Shown here piece by piece: positions 50,760 to 64,000 of a stretch of 64,000 nt of DNA. Location: the NCBI RefSeq assembly GCF_001194135.2, contig NC_068981.1, positions 98,067,333 through 98,131,332 of the forward strand, read 5' to 3'. Under the pieces are notes generated by a model. It saw only the letters and a list, made by a program, of their open reading frames with translations. It made no database searches and was not told the origin of the DNA. Made by a program: the position numbers and the translations under genes. Every line of letters starts with the position of its first letter. The stretch's first letter is position 1. The stretch comes from Octopus bimaculoides (Eukaryota).

Positions 50760-51350
50760 CAAGACAGAATGTGATGATTTGGGGCTAGGTGATGAGAGAG
50801 GATAAAGTTTGATAACAGGAACAATTTATAGCTATGAGAAGGTTATAGCAGAGAGAGATTAATAAAGTAGACACTAATAAGGGAAAGAGTATGAAAGGAA
50901 CAGGGGAAAGAGAAGGGATTACTAGTGACTAGTGATAGAGGGAGTGAAAGAGTGGTGAGGTTGATAGATGGGTTGCATGGAGGAGGGTCCAAGGTTATCC
51001 TAAATTTTAAGGGCAAATAAGGGTGAATATGGACAGGTGTGAGAACAAGGGAACATCAAAGAAAAAAAAATAAATGAGAATGTTTAGGATCAAGAGAGAC
51101 TCATTGACAGAGTGGCATGGGGCTCATGGGAAGTGTAAGCCAGAGATATGAAATTGTTGATGTGGTGCAGAAGCTGTAGGGAGAGGACAATGAAAGAAAA
51201 GAGGTCAAGAAGGAGTGATGGATAGCAGTGAGTGAGTGAGCAAGCATCACAGGTGATGAGAGGAAAGGTAGGATGATGACTGAAGTGAATCAAGAGATAG
51301 ATGGAGGAAGGAAAAAGGGCACAGGTAGAGCGATAAAGATAGACCAATAC
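50760..51350 (-). mobile_element. Decayed CR1/L2-like LINE 3' region
   Basis: Strongly purine-biased plus strand. Minus-strand pieces loosely resemble the LINE C-terminal region. Confidence 0.35.
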
Positions 51351-51439
51351 AGTCTCTCATACACAGGCCAGTGTAAACAGTTGAAATTTTTTAGGGTTTA
51401 ATATATCTATCCATTGTATGTATATGTGTATATATATAT

Positions 51440-51670
51440 AGTCACTTAGATTGTAGTCATGCTGGAGCACCACCTTGAAGGGTTTAGTCAAACAAACTGA
51501 TCCCAGAACTTTTTTTAAATCCTGGTACTTATTCTATCTGGCTCTTTAGCCAAACTGTCAAACTTTACAGGGATGTAAACAAACCAACACCAATCGTGAA
51601 GCAGTGGGTGGATGGACACGCACACACAAAGGGCTTCTTTCAGTTTCCATCTACCAAATCTACTCGCATG
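51440..51670 (-). mobile_element. Main-family SINE 3' two-thirds
   Basis: Reverse copy of the consensus. Confidence 0.75.
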
Positions 51671-52648
51671 GCTTAAGACAAGTGACAACTAGTGTTAAGG
51701 AAATACCTCACTAATATTGAACAGATGTAATAAACACACCCATATAACATTTTATACGATAAGCCAATAAGAGAGCCTTTACATTGGTCATCAGCCTATT
51801 AGAACTATTCAGATCTCTTTAAAATCACACCCTACATATCTTGAAAGAGAACTTGTTTCTGCAATGTAGTTCAGTCTGTTTTATTGAAATCATATTTCAA
51901 TGCTTGGAGTAAAGAGAAAGTAAAAAGGGATATATCAAAAGTAAAGCACAAAGGAAGTTTGAACAAAAGAAAAAGTATAACAACATTAACAAAGTAACAG
52001 TGTAATAACAAAAGGGATGTGATCAGACTTTAAGAGTTAACCAAGTTGAACAACTAGAACTGCAATAAAGACTCAAATGCCTGCAGCAGGAGATTGCAAA
52101 AGAAGTAATTAATTTCTTTGTTTTGTTTGTGATCAAATAGCAATGATAAAAGCTGAATATTAGTTGATTACTAATTGGTATACTTGTAGGCAAGAAATAA
52201 CTACAATACATACAACATTACACATGCTGCCAGCAGAACACAGTGCAAAAAGAGGATAAAAAACTATGCAGTATAGAACTAAGATTTGGAAAAACAATTT
52301 TGAACATTAATATCAATTCAAGGAAGTGTATTTGTTAGACTTGACAGCTTCAACAGCAATAACAGTTTCTCACATTGGCACACACCCGAAAATGCAAAAG
52401 AGATATGTTGTGTTTGTTGCCTGATATCCTTCCTGTCACCAACCCTCATCGTTTCCAGGAAAGGTAATACTTCCCCCATGGCCAGACATGTCTTCCACAG
52501 AAGACTGGGAATGAACAACACTGCTTGAAAGACAATAGTGCTCATTTACAACCATCATGTGATGTCAAAACAACAGTACACACACACCATTCACTTGCTC
52601 ATTCATTCATTCATTAATGCATACATGGATATGTACATACATCATACA

Positions 52649-52700
<52 letters not shown>

Positions 52701-55449
52701 ACAGGCTTCTTCCAGTTTCTGTCTACCAAATCCACTCACAAAGCTTTGATTAGTCTAGGGTTATAGCAAAAGACATTGTAGAAGGTGCCACACAGTGGAA
52801 CTGAACCCAAGATCATATAGTTAGAATGCAAGCTTCCAAACCATGCAGCCACATATTTTGTCAAGAACCCTACCATACTAATGCTCTTACAAAGAAGAAG
52901 AAAACTAGAGACATTTAACAGAACACAGGGAATATTTGACAGGAAAAGATGAAAGTCATTTTACTGAAAACATGGGAATCACTTCAAATGAACGTCAGGA
53001 ACATTTAGCAGTGCACACCAAGAATGTCTAACAGTGAACATTGCAAACATTTAACAAAGAACACAGGGATGGATGGAAATCTTTAACAGAGAACAACAAG
53101 CACATTTAAAATAGAACTCTGAAGATATTAACAAAAAAAAAAAAAGTACGAAGGACACCAAATAGAGAAAAACAGAGACATTTACTACAAGAGGATAGCG
53201 TTTATCTTGAAAAATTATTCAGTTGCAACAACTGAAAACAACAAATCAAATATATCAAATAAAACAGATGGCAAACATGTTTAAGGACAACTTGTGTAAG
53301 TAACAATTGTAAATATTATCGTTCATTGTTTCATATAAGTAATGCATTACAAATGTTCTTAGGAGCTGGAGATTGGATATCACATGTAAACAAATGTTCG
53401 CAGTAAATTCATCATGGGTAATTCAACATAACTGCAAGCTGACAGAGTTGATAGTATGTTGGACAAAATACTTAGCAACATTTCTTCCAGCTCTTCATAT
53501 TCTGAGTTCAAGTCCTACTGAGGCCAGTGTTACCTTTGATCTTTTTGGGGTCAATAAAATAAAGTATTAGTCAAATACTGGGGTTGATGTACTCAACTCG
53601 ACCCCTTTCCCTTGAAATTTTCCTGTAACAAACCAGCATCCTGTTCAGAGAGAATGTTATGATCTCAGTCATTTATACAACATGAAAACCAGGTAACCAA
53701 ACTTATGGTTGGCTCAAGGGCCTCAAGAAAAAAAAAAATTCAACATGAATAAGTACATTGCAGGTAAGTACATCATAACATATACATCACCTGTAATTTC
53801 ATTCCAGAGTAATTATATTTTGTGCCAATAGATCATAGGTAAAATTCATAGTCATACCAAATACATCATTCGTAAATTCATTGTCATGTTTTGTTGCCTT
53901 TTTTTATTATTATTTATTACAGAATAAATACAAAACTTAACACTATTTAAAGAGATTCCATTTGCAGAAAACAGAATGAATATGTTGCATTTCATTAACA
54001 ATAAAACAAAAAACACAAACCACTCATCTTATGATCCAGAAACTTTTTAAGAATCATGTCAAAGAAACAAGTGAGAAACAAATAAAAACAAAGTAATGAC
54101 CAACCAATATATTGCAGTTACTATAGCAGAAATTCCATATTGAAAAAAGAAATATAAAGATAACCCAGTGAGAATTCAATGCATGAAACTTGTGAAATAC
54201 TGGATTATTTAAGAGATACTGTTCATTATTGATCTTTTTTTAGAATGGTTCTTCCTTCCTCCAATCTAAAACAGTTACATTTTTTTTTACTGTGTGTGTG
54301 TATGTTTTTCAACAGTAACTGATTTGTTTTTCATGTATATCATGAGTACATTAGAGACGTTTTCTTTTTTGTCTTTGAATTTCTTTATCATTCTTAATGA
54401 AATGTGATGAATTGACTCTGCAAACAAACAGTATGACAATGAATTTACTGATAATGTATTTGACATTACCATGAATTCACTAATGATGCATTAGCATACT
54501 GGCCAATGAAATTAACATGATATAATTGCCAGCAATAAATCAAATGGCTACCATAAACAGACTATTAGAGAATGGGTCATATGAACCCCAGACCAATTCC
54601 ATCACTCCACACACACAAAAAAAAAAATGACAAAAAACAATAAAACTTACTAATGGATTAATAGCAGAAGAATGGCCACTTTGGATTTAATGCATAAGAA
54701 GTACAGAAAAAACGATGCATTCAAAACTTAACAATGCCAGAAACAAACTGATACAAAATGATGATGACAATGTAAATAAAGAGCTAGATTAGTTTTCGCT
54801 CCTCAAGTCTTGCAAAACAGAAAAGGAATATGTTTCTATACTACATGCATATTTTACAGTGACATTCTACCTAAAAATCAACGTTATGACAATATGCCCA
54901 TATAAATTTTGGGAGAGAAAATAGCCTGGATCTAAACATAATACTGAACTCCAAAAGACTAACGGAGGAGGAGTGTTGCTACTGCTGCTGCTACTACTAG
55001 CAGTTGATCTTCTCAACAAACAAAGAATCTAGGCTTCCACTAACCTTTTTTCAAGTTGCAGATACTGTTAGTCGCATCTCCTGACAGAGAAGACTTAAAA
55101 GGATACAAGGTTTTCAGTGGTTGATTTACATCTAACAAACTGATTTGGCAAAAGAGACCAACAGAATAAGTATCAAGCTTAAGAAATAAGTGCTAGAATT
55201 GATTTGTTCAACTAAATCATTGAAGGTGGTGCCCCAGTATGACCACAGACCAATGAGTGAAATAAGCAAAAGATATAAGAAAAGATAATGTAAATTACAA
55301 AAGCTAGACCTAACAAGTTCAAAGCAAAAACAAAAAATAAATAAATCACAACCATAAAACTCCTACAGAATACTGACACAAAAACTGAAATAGAACAAAA
55401 AAAAAAGAAAAGAAAATATAAGGAAGATTCAAGAATAGGAATTTCTAAA

Positions 55450-57745
55450 ATGGAACTTATGACCATGACAATCTAAAGCTAGAAATAATTCAAGAATTAC
55501 AAACAACAGAAGAGCTTCCTGTGGACCAACAACAACACTTCTCAAGGATATAATTCAACAATATAACAACAACAAAAATTGCAAAACTGACTATCACAGA
55601 CTTAATGAAAAGAAACACAATCATTAATATCACCTGATTAAATGAAATAATATACATAGCAGCCAGTGTAGTTATAAAGAGGATCTGAAGATCCTTCCTC
55701 ATATCTACTCAATATAAGTAATTGAAAACCCACACAAACAACAAGGAAAACAAGTATAAAGGAAAAGAGAGAAAATAAGAGAAAAGATTTCGTAATCCTT
55801 AAGGAAGTCAATAATGAAATGACACAATGAGAGAGAAAAGAAAGGAGAAACTAATATTACAGAAATATAACAAAATGCAAATATCTGAAATTAAAGAATG
55901 CCTGAAACAAGAGATCCTTGCTAAATCATAAAGAATCTGTTGGGATGAAAAAGTAACAAAGATTTTTTGAACAAAACAATCAATTAGATTCCAACCCAGA
56001 ATGATATCAGAGCTTAATAAAAATACAATAGAAATCAATGGAGCACCAACAGCAAGAGAATTAGAGGAATTCTAAGGAGGAGTATTAGCAGGGAATAATA
56101 CATTATGATTAGTTTGTTCAAAACAATAAACACAGTATCTGTACAAATATGGGAAGCTATAACAAGACAAGAAATAGCCTAGATGCTGAGGTGGAGGGAG
56201 ACAAAAACTAGAAGGCACCAGCACATGATATGATCCCTAACTTCTAGTTAAAATATTTGAGATTCATAAGGCATTAGTAAAGATGATTAATAAAACACTG
56301 ATGAGGCCAAAAACAACATTTGACTGGTTCACTGAGGAGAAAACTATCTTAATTGCAAAGATCTTGCTATTGTGAGAGCTTACAAATCTTTAACTGCAAT
56401 GTCAGAGAATAAATAAACATCCAATATCACTAACAACAATAATATCATGCTAGATTAGATAAAAAAAATTGAGAGAATTAGACAAAACAGACGAATACTT
56501 AGGAAGCAATGAATTTGACAGTGTAACAAACACAAATGAAAATAAATGATTAAGAAGAGATACTATAGATGCATTAGGTGAATACTTAAAACACAACTAA
56601 ATACCAACACCTTTATCCCCACCACCTCCAAAAATAACAACAAAATTGCAGCAAAACTACGTGAAAATATTTTTTCATTGTCAATATAAACATGGTATCT
56701 GCCTGATTAAAACAGGGAGATGTGACATGCGCATTGTGATTTTATTCTGCTCTTCCATTTTGCAATTCCAGTGCACATTGCATGTTCATACTTCTTTTTC
56801 CAGTTCCTATTCAAAACTGTTTACTGATCACAACCATCTCATGGACCTGTGGTCATGAGAAGCACTTTGCACTCTGATGGTTGTGAGATCCCTAGTGGTG
56901 AGATGCCAGAATCATTGGCACACTAAGCAAAATTTTGCCAAAGCTGACTTTGCCTTTCGTCCTTTTGGGGTCAGTAAAATAAGTACCAGTTGAGCACTGG
57001 GGCTGATGTAATCGACTTGCTCCCTTCTCTGAAATTGCTGGCCTTGAGCCAAAATTTGAAACCAATATTCTGGTATCCCAGGAAGAAGTTATAGTTTTAA
57101 CTGATTGCTAAGTAAACTAGCTAAACTAGGCAAAGAAAAAAGAAAAAAATATGATTCCATTTTCAATATACCATCCCAAATTTGATGTTGCAAGATTATA
57201 TTTACCACAAATACAAGAAGAATTGGGTGGGGGTTCTTATGCAAATGGAAAGTTATTATAAGATATTCATTATATGGCTACAAGAAAAATCTCATAAAAA
57301 ATACTGGTAAATTAACAGAAAGAACTACAAAACAAAAACTTGTTTTCTGTCTTCAAGGAAGCCAACAGTTGAAGTGACAGAACTTTATGATAAGAGAAAA
57401 GAAACACCAGAAATTGTGTAAAAACTAAAAACTGAACTAAAAAGAATAAAATGAAAACCAGGATAGAAATAGACAAAGAATATTTGTAATGTTGGGTGGG
57501 AAACACAGAAGTCAAGGCTAAGACTAAAGGGTTCTAGATTGCAGAACAGAATTAAAACATTCCAAATAGAAATCCCCCAAAGCCTTACAATGAAGTAGAA
57601 TATATTAAGTGACTCCAGATTATGTGGAGCTGGAGAAGAAATTATTAATCACATTGTCTCTAGCTGTCAAGTCTTAAACCATGGTGTGACAGAGTTGGGG
57701 GGCTTTTATATAAAAAGAGCAATACCAAGATTATAAAATGCCAAG
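55450..57745 (+). mobile_element. Fragmented R4/Dong-type (RLE) non-LTR retrotransposon fossil
   Basis: Ordered motifs: LNEIIYIAASVV; ECLKQEILAKS*RI...FEQNNQLDSNP; N*KAPAHDMIPNF*LKY...DWFTEEKTILIAK (RT start); EYLG...MIKKRYYRCIR*ILKTQLN; HPKFDVARLYLP; SRLCGAGEEIINHIVSSCQVL (CCHC). The RT core is deleted and SINEs are inserted at ~56640-57065. Confidence 0.82.
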
Positions 57746-57751
57746 ATACAT

Positions 57752-58010
57752 AGGTGCAGGCATGGCTGTGTGGTTAAGCAGTTCACTTTGAAATTACATG
57801 GCTTCACGTTTAGTCCCACTCCACAGCAACTTGAACAAGAGTCTTCTACTATAGCCCCAGGTCAACCACTGCCTTGTGAGTGAATTTGGAAGATAGAAAC
57901 TGAGTGGAAGCCTTCCTCTGTGTGTGTGTTTTCTCCTCATCCATCACTGCTTGACAACCAGTGTTGCTTTGTTTATATCTCTGTAACATAGTAGTTCGGC
58001 AAAAGAGACC
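57752..58010 (+). mobile_element. Main-family tRNA SINE
   Basis: gtgcagggcatggctgtgtggttaagcagttcact...gtcttctactatagcccc... Confidence 0.78.
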
Positions 58011-58689
58011 AATATTGGAACAGTGACAACAACACTGATGATTTCTAACACTGGCACAAATGACCACAAATTTTGGAACAGAGTTGTGGTTAATTATATC
58101 AACTCAGTACTCGACTAGAATTTACTTTAACTATTCAGGAAAATACACAAAATCAACTTTGGTAGGAATTGAAATCAAAATGCAAAGAGGTTTAACTAAA
58201 TACCAAAATGTTTTTTATCCAACGCTCGGCTGATCTTAAAATGCTATTAGAGTTGATTACTGAGGGATGGTTGGAATATAGATGATAAGAATCAATGGCA
58301 ATTTTTGAGGCTTAAACTCTGTGTTTATATAAATCTGTTTTATTGTTTTGATTCAGTTAGCTGATTATTCAAAATCAATTGTATCCAACGGCACTAACAA
58401 TTGCAAAACAAAAGGAAAAAAAGATTAATTTGATTGTTTTTAACAAGTTTTTACAGCTTTATTGTAGTAAGACATACAATCTCAACAACATACTCTGTTG
58501 CTATCAACATTATTATCATCATCATCATCTCTTTCAATATTCATTTTTTCTCTTCTCTCTTACATTTGTTAGACTTTTTCGTTTCGTTTTTATTACTGCC
58601 AAGTCCAAGACACAGGGGTGACACTAATAATGTTTGCATAGTGGTTGAGATTTATGTGGCTAATGTTCAGTTCAAGCTTTAACAACTAT

Positions 58690-59010
58690 AGGTTGGAGTT
58701 AGTAGTAAGGAAACAATGGGTATAATAGTGGGAGTAACAAAGAAATAATTGCAGTTGACGAGGGGAAAGGGGAAACTTTTGGTAAAGAGCTAAGTGCAGA
58801 TGAGACATAGTAAGAATGACAATAGGGGAAGCAGTTGCATTAGATTCGCTTTGGCAGAGGTGATAAGTAGATTGCTAGTTCAGAGAAACAGGGGCCATAG
58901 TAGTAGCAGTAAAATTGACAGACAGGAAGCACAGCATATTTGTAGTATATTGGTTATAGCATATGTGAAAAGTGAATATTTCCCAATAGCTAAATTGCCT
59001 TTTTTTTTTT
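58690..59010 (-). mobile_element. CR1/L2-like LINE 3' end remnant
   Basis: Minus strand reads FYCYYYGPCFSELAIYLSPLPKRI*C...CHSYYV, resembling the FYRYY.G.CSSELA..PP...SH.Y.V motif of CR1/L2-group RT C-termini. Confidence 0.6.
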
Positions 59011-61801
59011 TTTTTGTATAGATAAGTTGCAGCTAGAAGCCATCTTGCCAATTGCGTAGCTGTGTAGTAATGTTATCTTTTATCTTTTAATTGTTTCAGT
59101 CATTTGATTGTGGCCATGTTGCAGCATTGCCTTCAAAGATTTAGTCAAATAGGTCGACCCAATGTTTATTTTTAAGCCCTGGTACTTATTCTATCAGTAT
59201 ATTTTGCTGAAATACTAGGATTACAGGGACACTAACAAATCAACACAAACTGTTGAATGGTGGTGGGAGGAGTAGTAGACAAACACAGATACACACACTC
59301 TCTCACAATCACACACACACACACACACATGCAATGAGATTCTTTCAGCTTCCATTTACCAAATCGAATTTAAATCAAAGCTTTTCGTCAAAATTTCATG
59401 TTAATTTATACCCTAAACATCAACTTAAATAATTGCAAAGTTGTATTACAAAATTTCATTATTTTCAAAATTAACTGAAGCAAAGGCAGCATACTTCAAT
59501 ATTCAAATTCACTCACAAGACTTTGGTTTACCCAGTGTTATAGTAGAAGACATTTGCCCAAGGTGGCATGCTGTGGGTCTGAATCCACAACTACATGGTT
59601 GGGAAGAAAACTTCTCAACTATACAGCCATGTCTGCAAACCATATATTCAGTAAGTGATAAGTTTAAAAACACTGAAACCTCATACCAAAATTATATGCA
59701 CTTTCGAATATTTTATATTTCTTGTCTCTTCCAGTTAATATGAGAACAAAGTTCAATGCAGTTTCACAGTTAATTTTTATGAAAATAAAACTTGAAACAG
59801 ATAACACTTGTTTAAAAATAATAACTCATAGAGTAATTTAAAAAAAGCTATTTTTGATGGGTAACATTCAGCAAAGATAAAACAAAAATTCTTACTGAAC
59901 AGACATCTGTAAAATATAACTGAAATGAAAAGGTAAACAAAAATTGGAGCTAATAGTTTTACCTTTTTGTTTATCATCTACTGACAATCAACATGCTTAT
60001 TTAATTTGTTGCTAGACGATTGAGTCAAATAGTTAAAATTTCATGATCTGAGGTATCCACTGTTAGCTGAAAGTCAGTCCTATTGATTTATATATATAAG
60101 AAAATATGATCCAACATCGTTGTTTAAACCCATATGAGTTGAACTCAGTATGAAAATTCAGTGAAATAATCATCAATTTCACAGAATTATTGCTCCTTAC
60201 ATTAGTAAACTACCAACACTACAATGTGATAACTATTTTCAACCAGGTGGGCTTGGATATTGAAAGTTAGGTGCTTTGGCTATGAACACAGCACAGTGTC
60301 AGTAGCAAAATATGAACTACAAATACTCAACTATTTGTAGTTCTTTCACAGACGCGTGTGTGTGTGTGTATGTACATACGTATGTATGAGTGTACATAGC
60401 CTAGTGGTTAGGTTGATGCACTCACGATCTTCAGATCATGGTTTCAATTCCCAGACCAAGTAGTGCATTGTGTTGCGGAGCAATACACTTCATTTTACAC
60501 TGCTCCAGCCAACTCAGTTGTAAATAAGTATCCCTGCAACAAAATGGCATCATGTTCAGGGGGATATGTTGTGATTTCAGTCGATTATATGTCATAGAAA
60601 TCGGGTAACCAGCTCTGTGAATCCTAGGACTTGAGACAATAATATAAAATATATAATATAATACAGTATAATATGATATGATATAGCATAATATAATATG
60701 TATGTATCTATGCATGCTTGTCTAATAGTAAGTATGTATTCTCTGAACACTTCTAGTTTAATAAGAATAAAAACAAAATTTTATCAATCACTATTTACTA
60801 TTGAGTTCAGTATCTCAACAGAATAAATTAAGAATTAAGATAGTTAGGAGATTTCTCTCAACAAATTTCCCTGGTATCTTGAAAACAGAAACTAAATATT
60901 TTATGTCACATATCTGAATAACTGAAACAGAATAGCTACAAAGCTAATCAGGTACTCATTAACTGTCACTTCTTACATTTTATGTCTGATCACATACTCA
61001 AGTTTGCAAATGGTGATCTCACAAACTTATGTGGAATCAGATACTAAGGTTTGTGACAAAATAACACTCTACACATCTCATGTTCAATTAGACACTCTGG
61101 TTAGTTCAAAAACTAACACTATTCCACACATTTTATATGACTTTTTAGAGAATTAAACCTGTAATTAGCTCCTAAGCATTTTACTGGTTATCTCTGCTTA
61201 AGTAGAGCTAACTGAAGCTGCTTAATAACAATAACAAAAATAATAATAAAAATCAAAAGATAAGTACAGAGAAAGAAATGCAACATTGTTACATTCGTAC
61301 ACTGTTCTAAAATTACTATCATTACAACACACTGGAAAAGGAAATCAAAACCATCTAGTCTATTGTCATTGGATAGTTTATTTATATTATATGTGTAAAT
61401 ACTAAAACCACAATAATCTACTATTCAAGAAAGGCATTTATCCAGATGAGTGACACAAAAAACAACAGCTAAAAAGTCTTTAAGCAGTCACTCGATCTGT
61501 TAAAAACAGTAGCCAATCATGCCCTAACAACTGAAGAAAATGCACATTACATAATATAGTCTTAGGTACACTATTCTGAAAACAACATTATCATAGCTGG
61601 TATCTTTTGATTATAAGTTAGCTCAGTTGGACCCAACGTGGAGTAAATAAGATCAACACTATAACACAAAACAGCACCTATCTAAGAATAAAAGGTACAA
61701 GGATATTTTTTGTAAGTTAATTGATTTGATCAAATAGTATAAATGGTACTTTTTTCCTTTATCACAGTTCTTGTAAATAACAAGATAACTATTTTCATAT
61801 T

Positions 61802-62308
61802 AGCACTGTGACATTACAGAAGACTACTAGACTATTAGACTTCACTGGTACTACATTCATTCTCTAGAAGCCTATATTAATTTCAGCTAAAGTTTGCAGG
61901 AGTAGAAAACAGCTTCTTCTAGCAGAATATGAAGAAGACACTGTAAGTTCAAGAGATCTCAGCCATCACAAATAACCAGGCAGAAAGGAAGAAGTATCAT
62001 ACAAAATTGCTAGTAAATGGCTCGCAAATCTATGTACCGACGCCATTGTATTCACTTCAGATAATATTAAATATGAGTGAAAGAGTTAGAACAGAATGGA
62101 AGAAAACATAGCCAAATGTATAGAGAATATTGATTATGGATATCACCTCCAAAATGACCTTTAGAAAGTTTCTAATACAAGTAGATAGGAGGTTAGAGTA
62201 AGAGTTACAACAATGACAGAGTCAAAATAACAATATGACTTTATGCCACTATTTTCAAGAGAAGTTATTAGTTCAAATGGAGAACTTTATCAGGCTGTTA
62301 ACCTTGTA
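61802..62308 (+). pseudogene. Possible decayed Mab21/cGAS-like receptor (cGLR) fragment
   Basis: A single frame with several stops reads ...PGRKEEVSYKIASKWLANLCTDAIVF...RMEENIAKCIENI...KVSNTSR*EVRVRVTTMTESK*QYDFMPLFS. Resemblance judged by eye to recalled MB21D2/MAB21L motifs. Confidence 0.3.
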
Positions 62309-63017
62309 ATTTGAGTTTTGTTTATTAATTTAAGAAAAACATGTTTTGAATGAACAAGTCCAAGGACGGATAGCCATTTTTTTTTTGTAGGTTTTCTTTC
62401 ATCCCCCCACCCACCCACCGATCATATGAAGCATTTATTTGTTTATCATGAATGGAGCCACCCCACTAAAACAAAATTTGTTTTAACAAACTTTAAATTT
62501 CATCAGTTTTCATTGGTTGGTAATTCAAGGAATCAGCTCTACCAAACCTTGGTTGAGAGAGAGCATGAGTGTTAGAGAGAAGAGGGAAAGAAAACTGTTC
62601 AAATAAACAGAATCAAACTAGAAAATTGTTTCAAAATTTTAGTTAAAAATTATTATATTTATGCTAAGAATTTTTATAAACTTCTGAGATAATGTTAAAT
62701 AATACTTTTTTTGAAATAATGGTTTTTGAAGCACATCATATACAGTTGTAAGGAATAGTATATATAGCTGTATGTGATGTGTTTTGAGAACCAGTATTCC
62801 AAAACAAATTATTGTATTTAAATAATCAGATGCTTTGTTATCGTTGTTGTTGAAGCACATCATCCTTGATCAAGCAGATATCAAAAGACTCTCCAACCAT
62901 AGCCAAATAGTCTAATTTTCAAATAAACTGGACTTCATTACCCAAAGTCCCCTTATTAATTTTAGACAGGAGAGTGTAATTTAACCCTTTACCATTCAGA
63001 TTATTCTGTCAAATGTA

Positions 63018-63330
63018 ATACTCTTTTACTCTCTTACTTGTTTCAGTCTTTTGACTGCGGCCATGCTGGAGCACCGCCTTTAGTCGAGCAAATCGACCCC
63101 AGGACTTATTCTTTAGAAGCCTAGTACTTATTCTATCGTTCTCTTTTGCCGAACCGCTAAGTTACGGGAACATAAACACATCAGCATCGGTTGTCAAGTG
63201 ATGTTGGGGGGACAAACACATACATATATATATACATATATACGATGGGCTTCTTTCAGTTTCTGTCTACCAAATCCACTCACAAGGCTTTGGTCGGCCC
63301 GAGGCTATAGTAGAAGACACTTGCCCTGAG
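63018..63330 (-). mobile_element. Young main-family SINE inserted in a family A MITE, truncated at gap
   Basis: Very close to 42247-42637; preceded by ttaacccttttaccattcagatt. Confidence 0.88.
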
Positions 63331-63751
63331 ATGCAACCGGATAANNNNNNNNNNNNNNNNNNNNNNNNNNNNNNNNNNNNNNNNNNNNNNNNNNNNNNNN
63401 NNNNNNNNNNNNNNNNNNNNNNNNNNNNNNNNNNNNNNNNNNNNNNNNNNNNNNNNNNNNNNNNNNNNNNNNNNNNNNNNNNNNNNNNNNNNNNNNNNNN
63501 NNNNNNNNNNNNNNNNNNNNNNNNNNNNNNNNNNNNNNNNNNNNNNNNNNNNNNNNNNNNNNNNNNNNNNNNNNNNNNNNNNNNNNNNNNNNNNNNNNNN
63601 NNNNNNNNNNNNNNNNNNNNNNNNNNNNNNNNNNNNNNNNNNNNNNNNNNNNNNNNNNNNNNNNNNNNNNNNNNNNNNNNNNNNNNNNNNNNNNNNNNNN
63701 NNNNNNNCACTACTTGATAAATTCTTATAAAGAATTTATCCTATATTTTAT

Positions 63752-63819
<68 letters not shown>

Positions 63820-63944
63820 CATCTGCACAAATGTATATATATAGATGTATATGTATACATGTATATGAGTACACATATATATATATGTACATGTAATATT
63901 CAGACAAATATATACACATATATACATGCATACACATACACACT

Positions 63945-64000
<56 letters not shown>
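63752..64000. repeat. Compound (TA)n/(GT)n/(CA)n microsatellite block
   Basis: Direct reading. Confidence 0.95.

Noticed and set aside
61945-61970. ATG GCT GAG ATC TCT (MAEIS) on the minus strand as SPPL3 start
   Set aside because: Followed immediately by an in-frame TGA with no donor site.

Overview
AT-rich, microsatellite-dense eukaryotic genomic DNA with 8 assembly gaps. The SINE and MITE repertoire and overall style point to a cephalopod, most likely Octopus (inference). The only host coding sequence I can support is a 78-nt minus-strand exon at 2957-3034 encoding (x)AISVVDSSRLSTFVISILLIVYGSF(R). This is the orthologue of exon 2 of SPPL3 (signal peptide peptidase-like 3). Neither flanking coding exon was found, so nearly the whole window is probably SPPL3 intron. 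The introns hold at least four tRNA-derived SINE families, TTAA-flanked piggyBac-type MITEs, hAT and mariner relics, foldback elements, CR1/L2-like ends, a fragmented R4/Dong-type retrotransposon and an LTR-like insertion. Three observations stand out. (1) A 300-bp insertion at 36501-36800 has a tRNA-like Pol III head, a decayed minimal hammerhead ribozyme, a Penelope-style inverted 5' tail and a 13-bp TSD, so it looks like a Penelope-mobilised, ribozyme-bearing SINE. (2) The SPPL3 exon begins with A where the vertebrate split Trp codon needs G, which could mean a genomic TGA rescued by A-to-I editing. (3) A decayed reading frame at 61.8-62.3 kb resembles Mab21/cGAS-like receptors. None of the long runs in the ORF track are real genes; they are N-gap or microsatellite artefacts. 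TE boundaries without a stated TSD are approximate.
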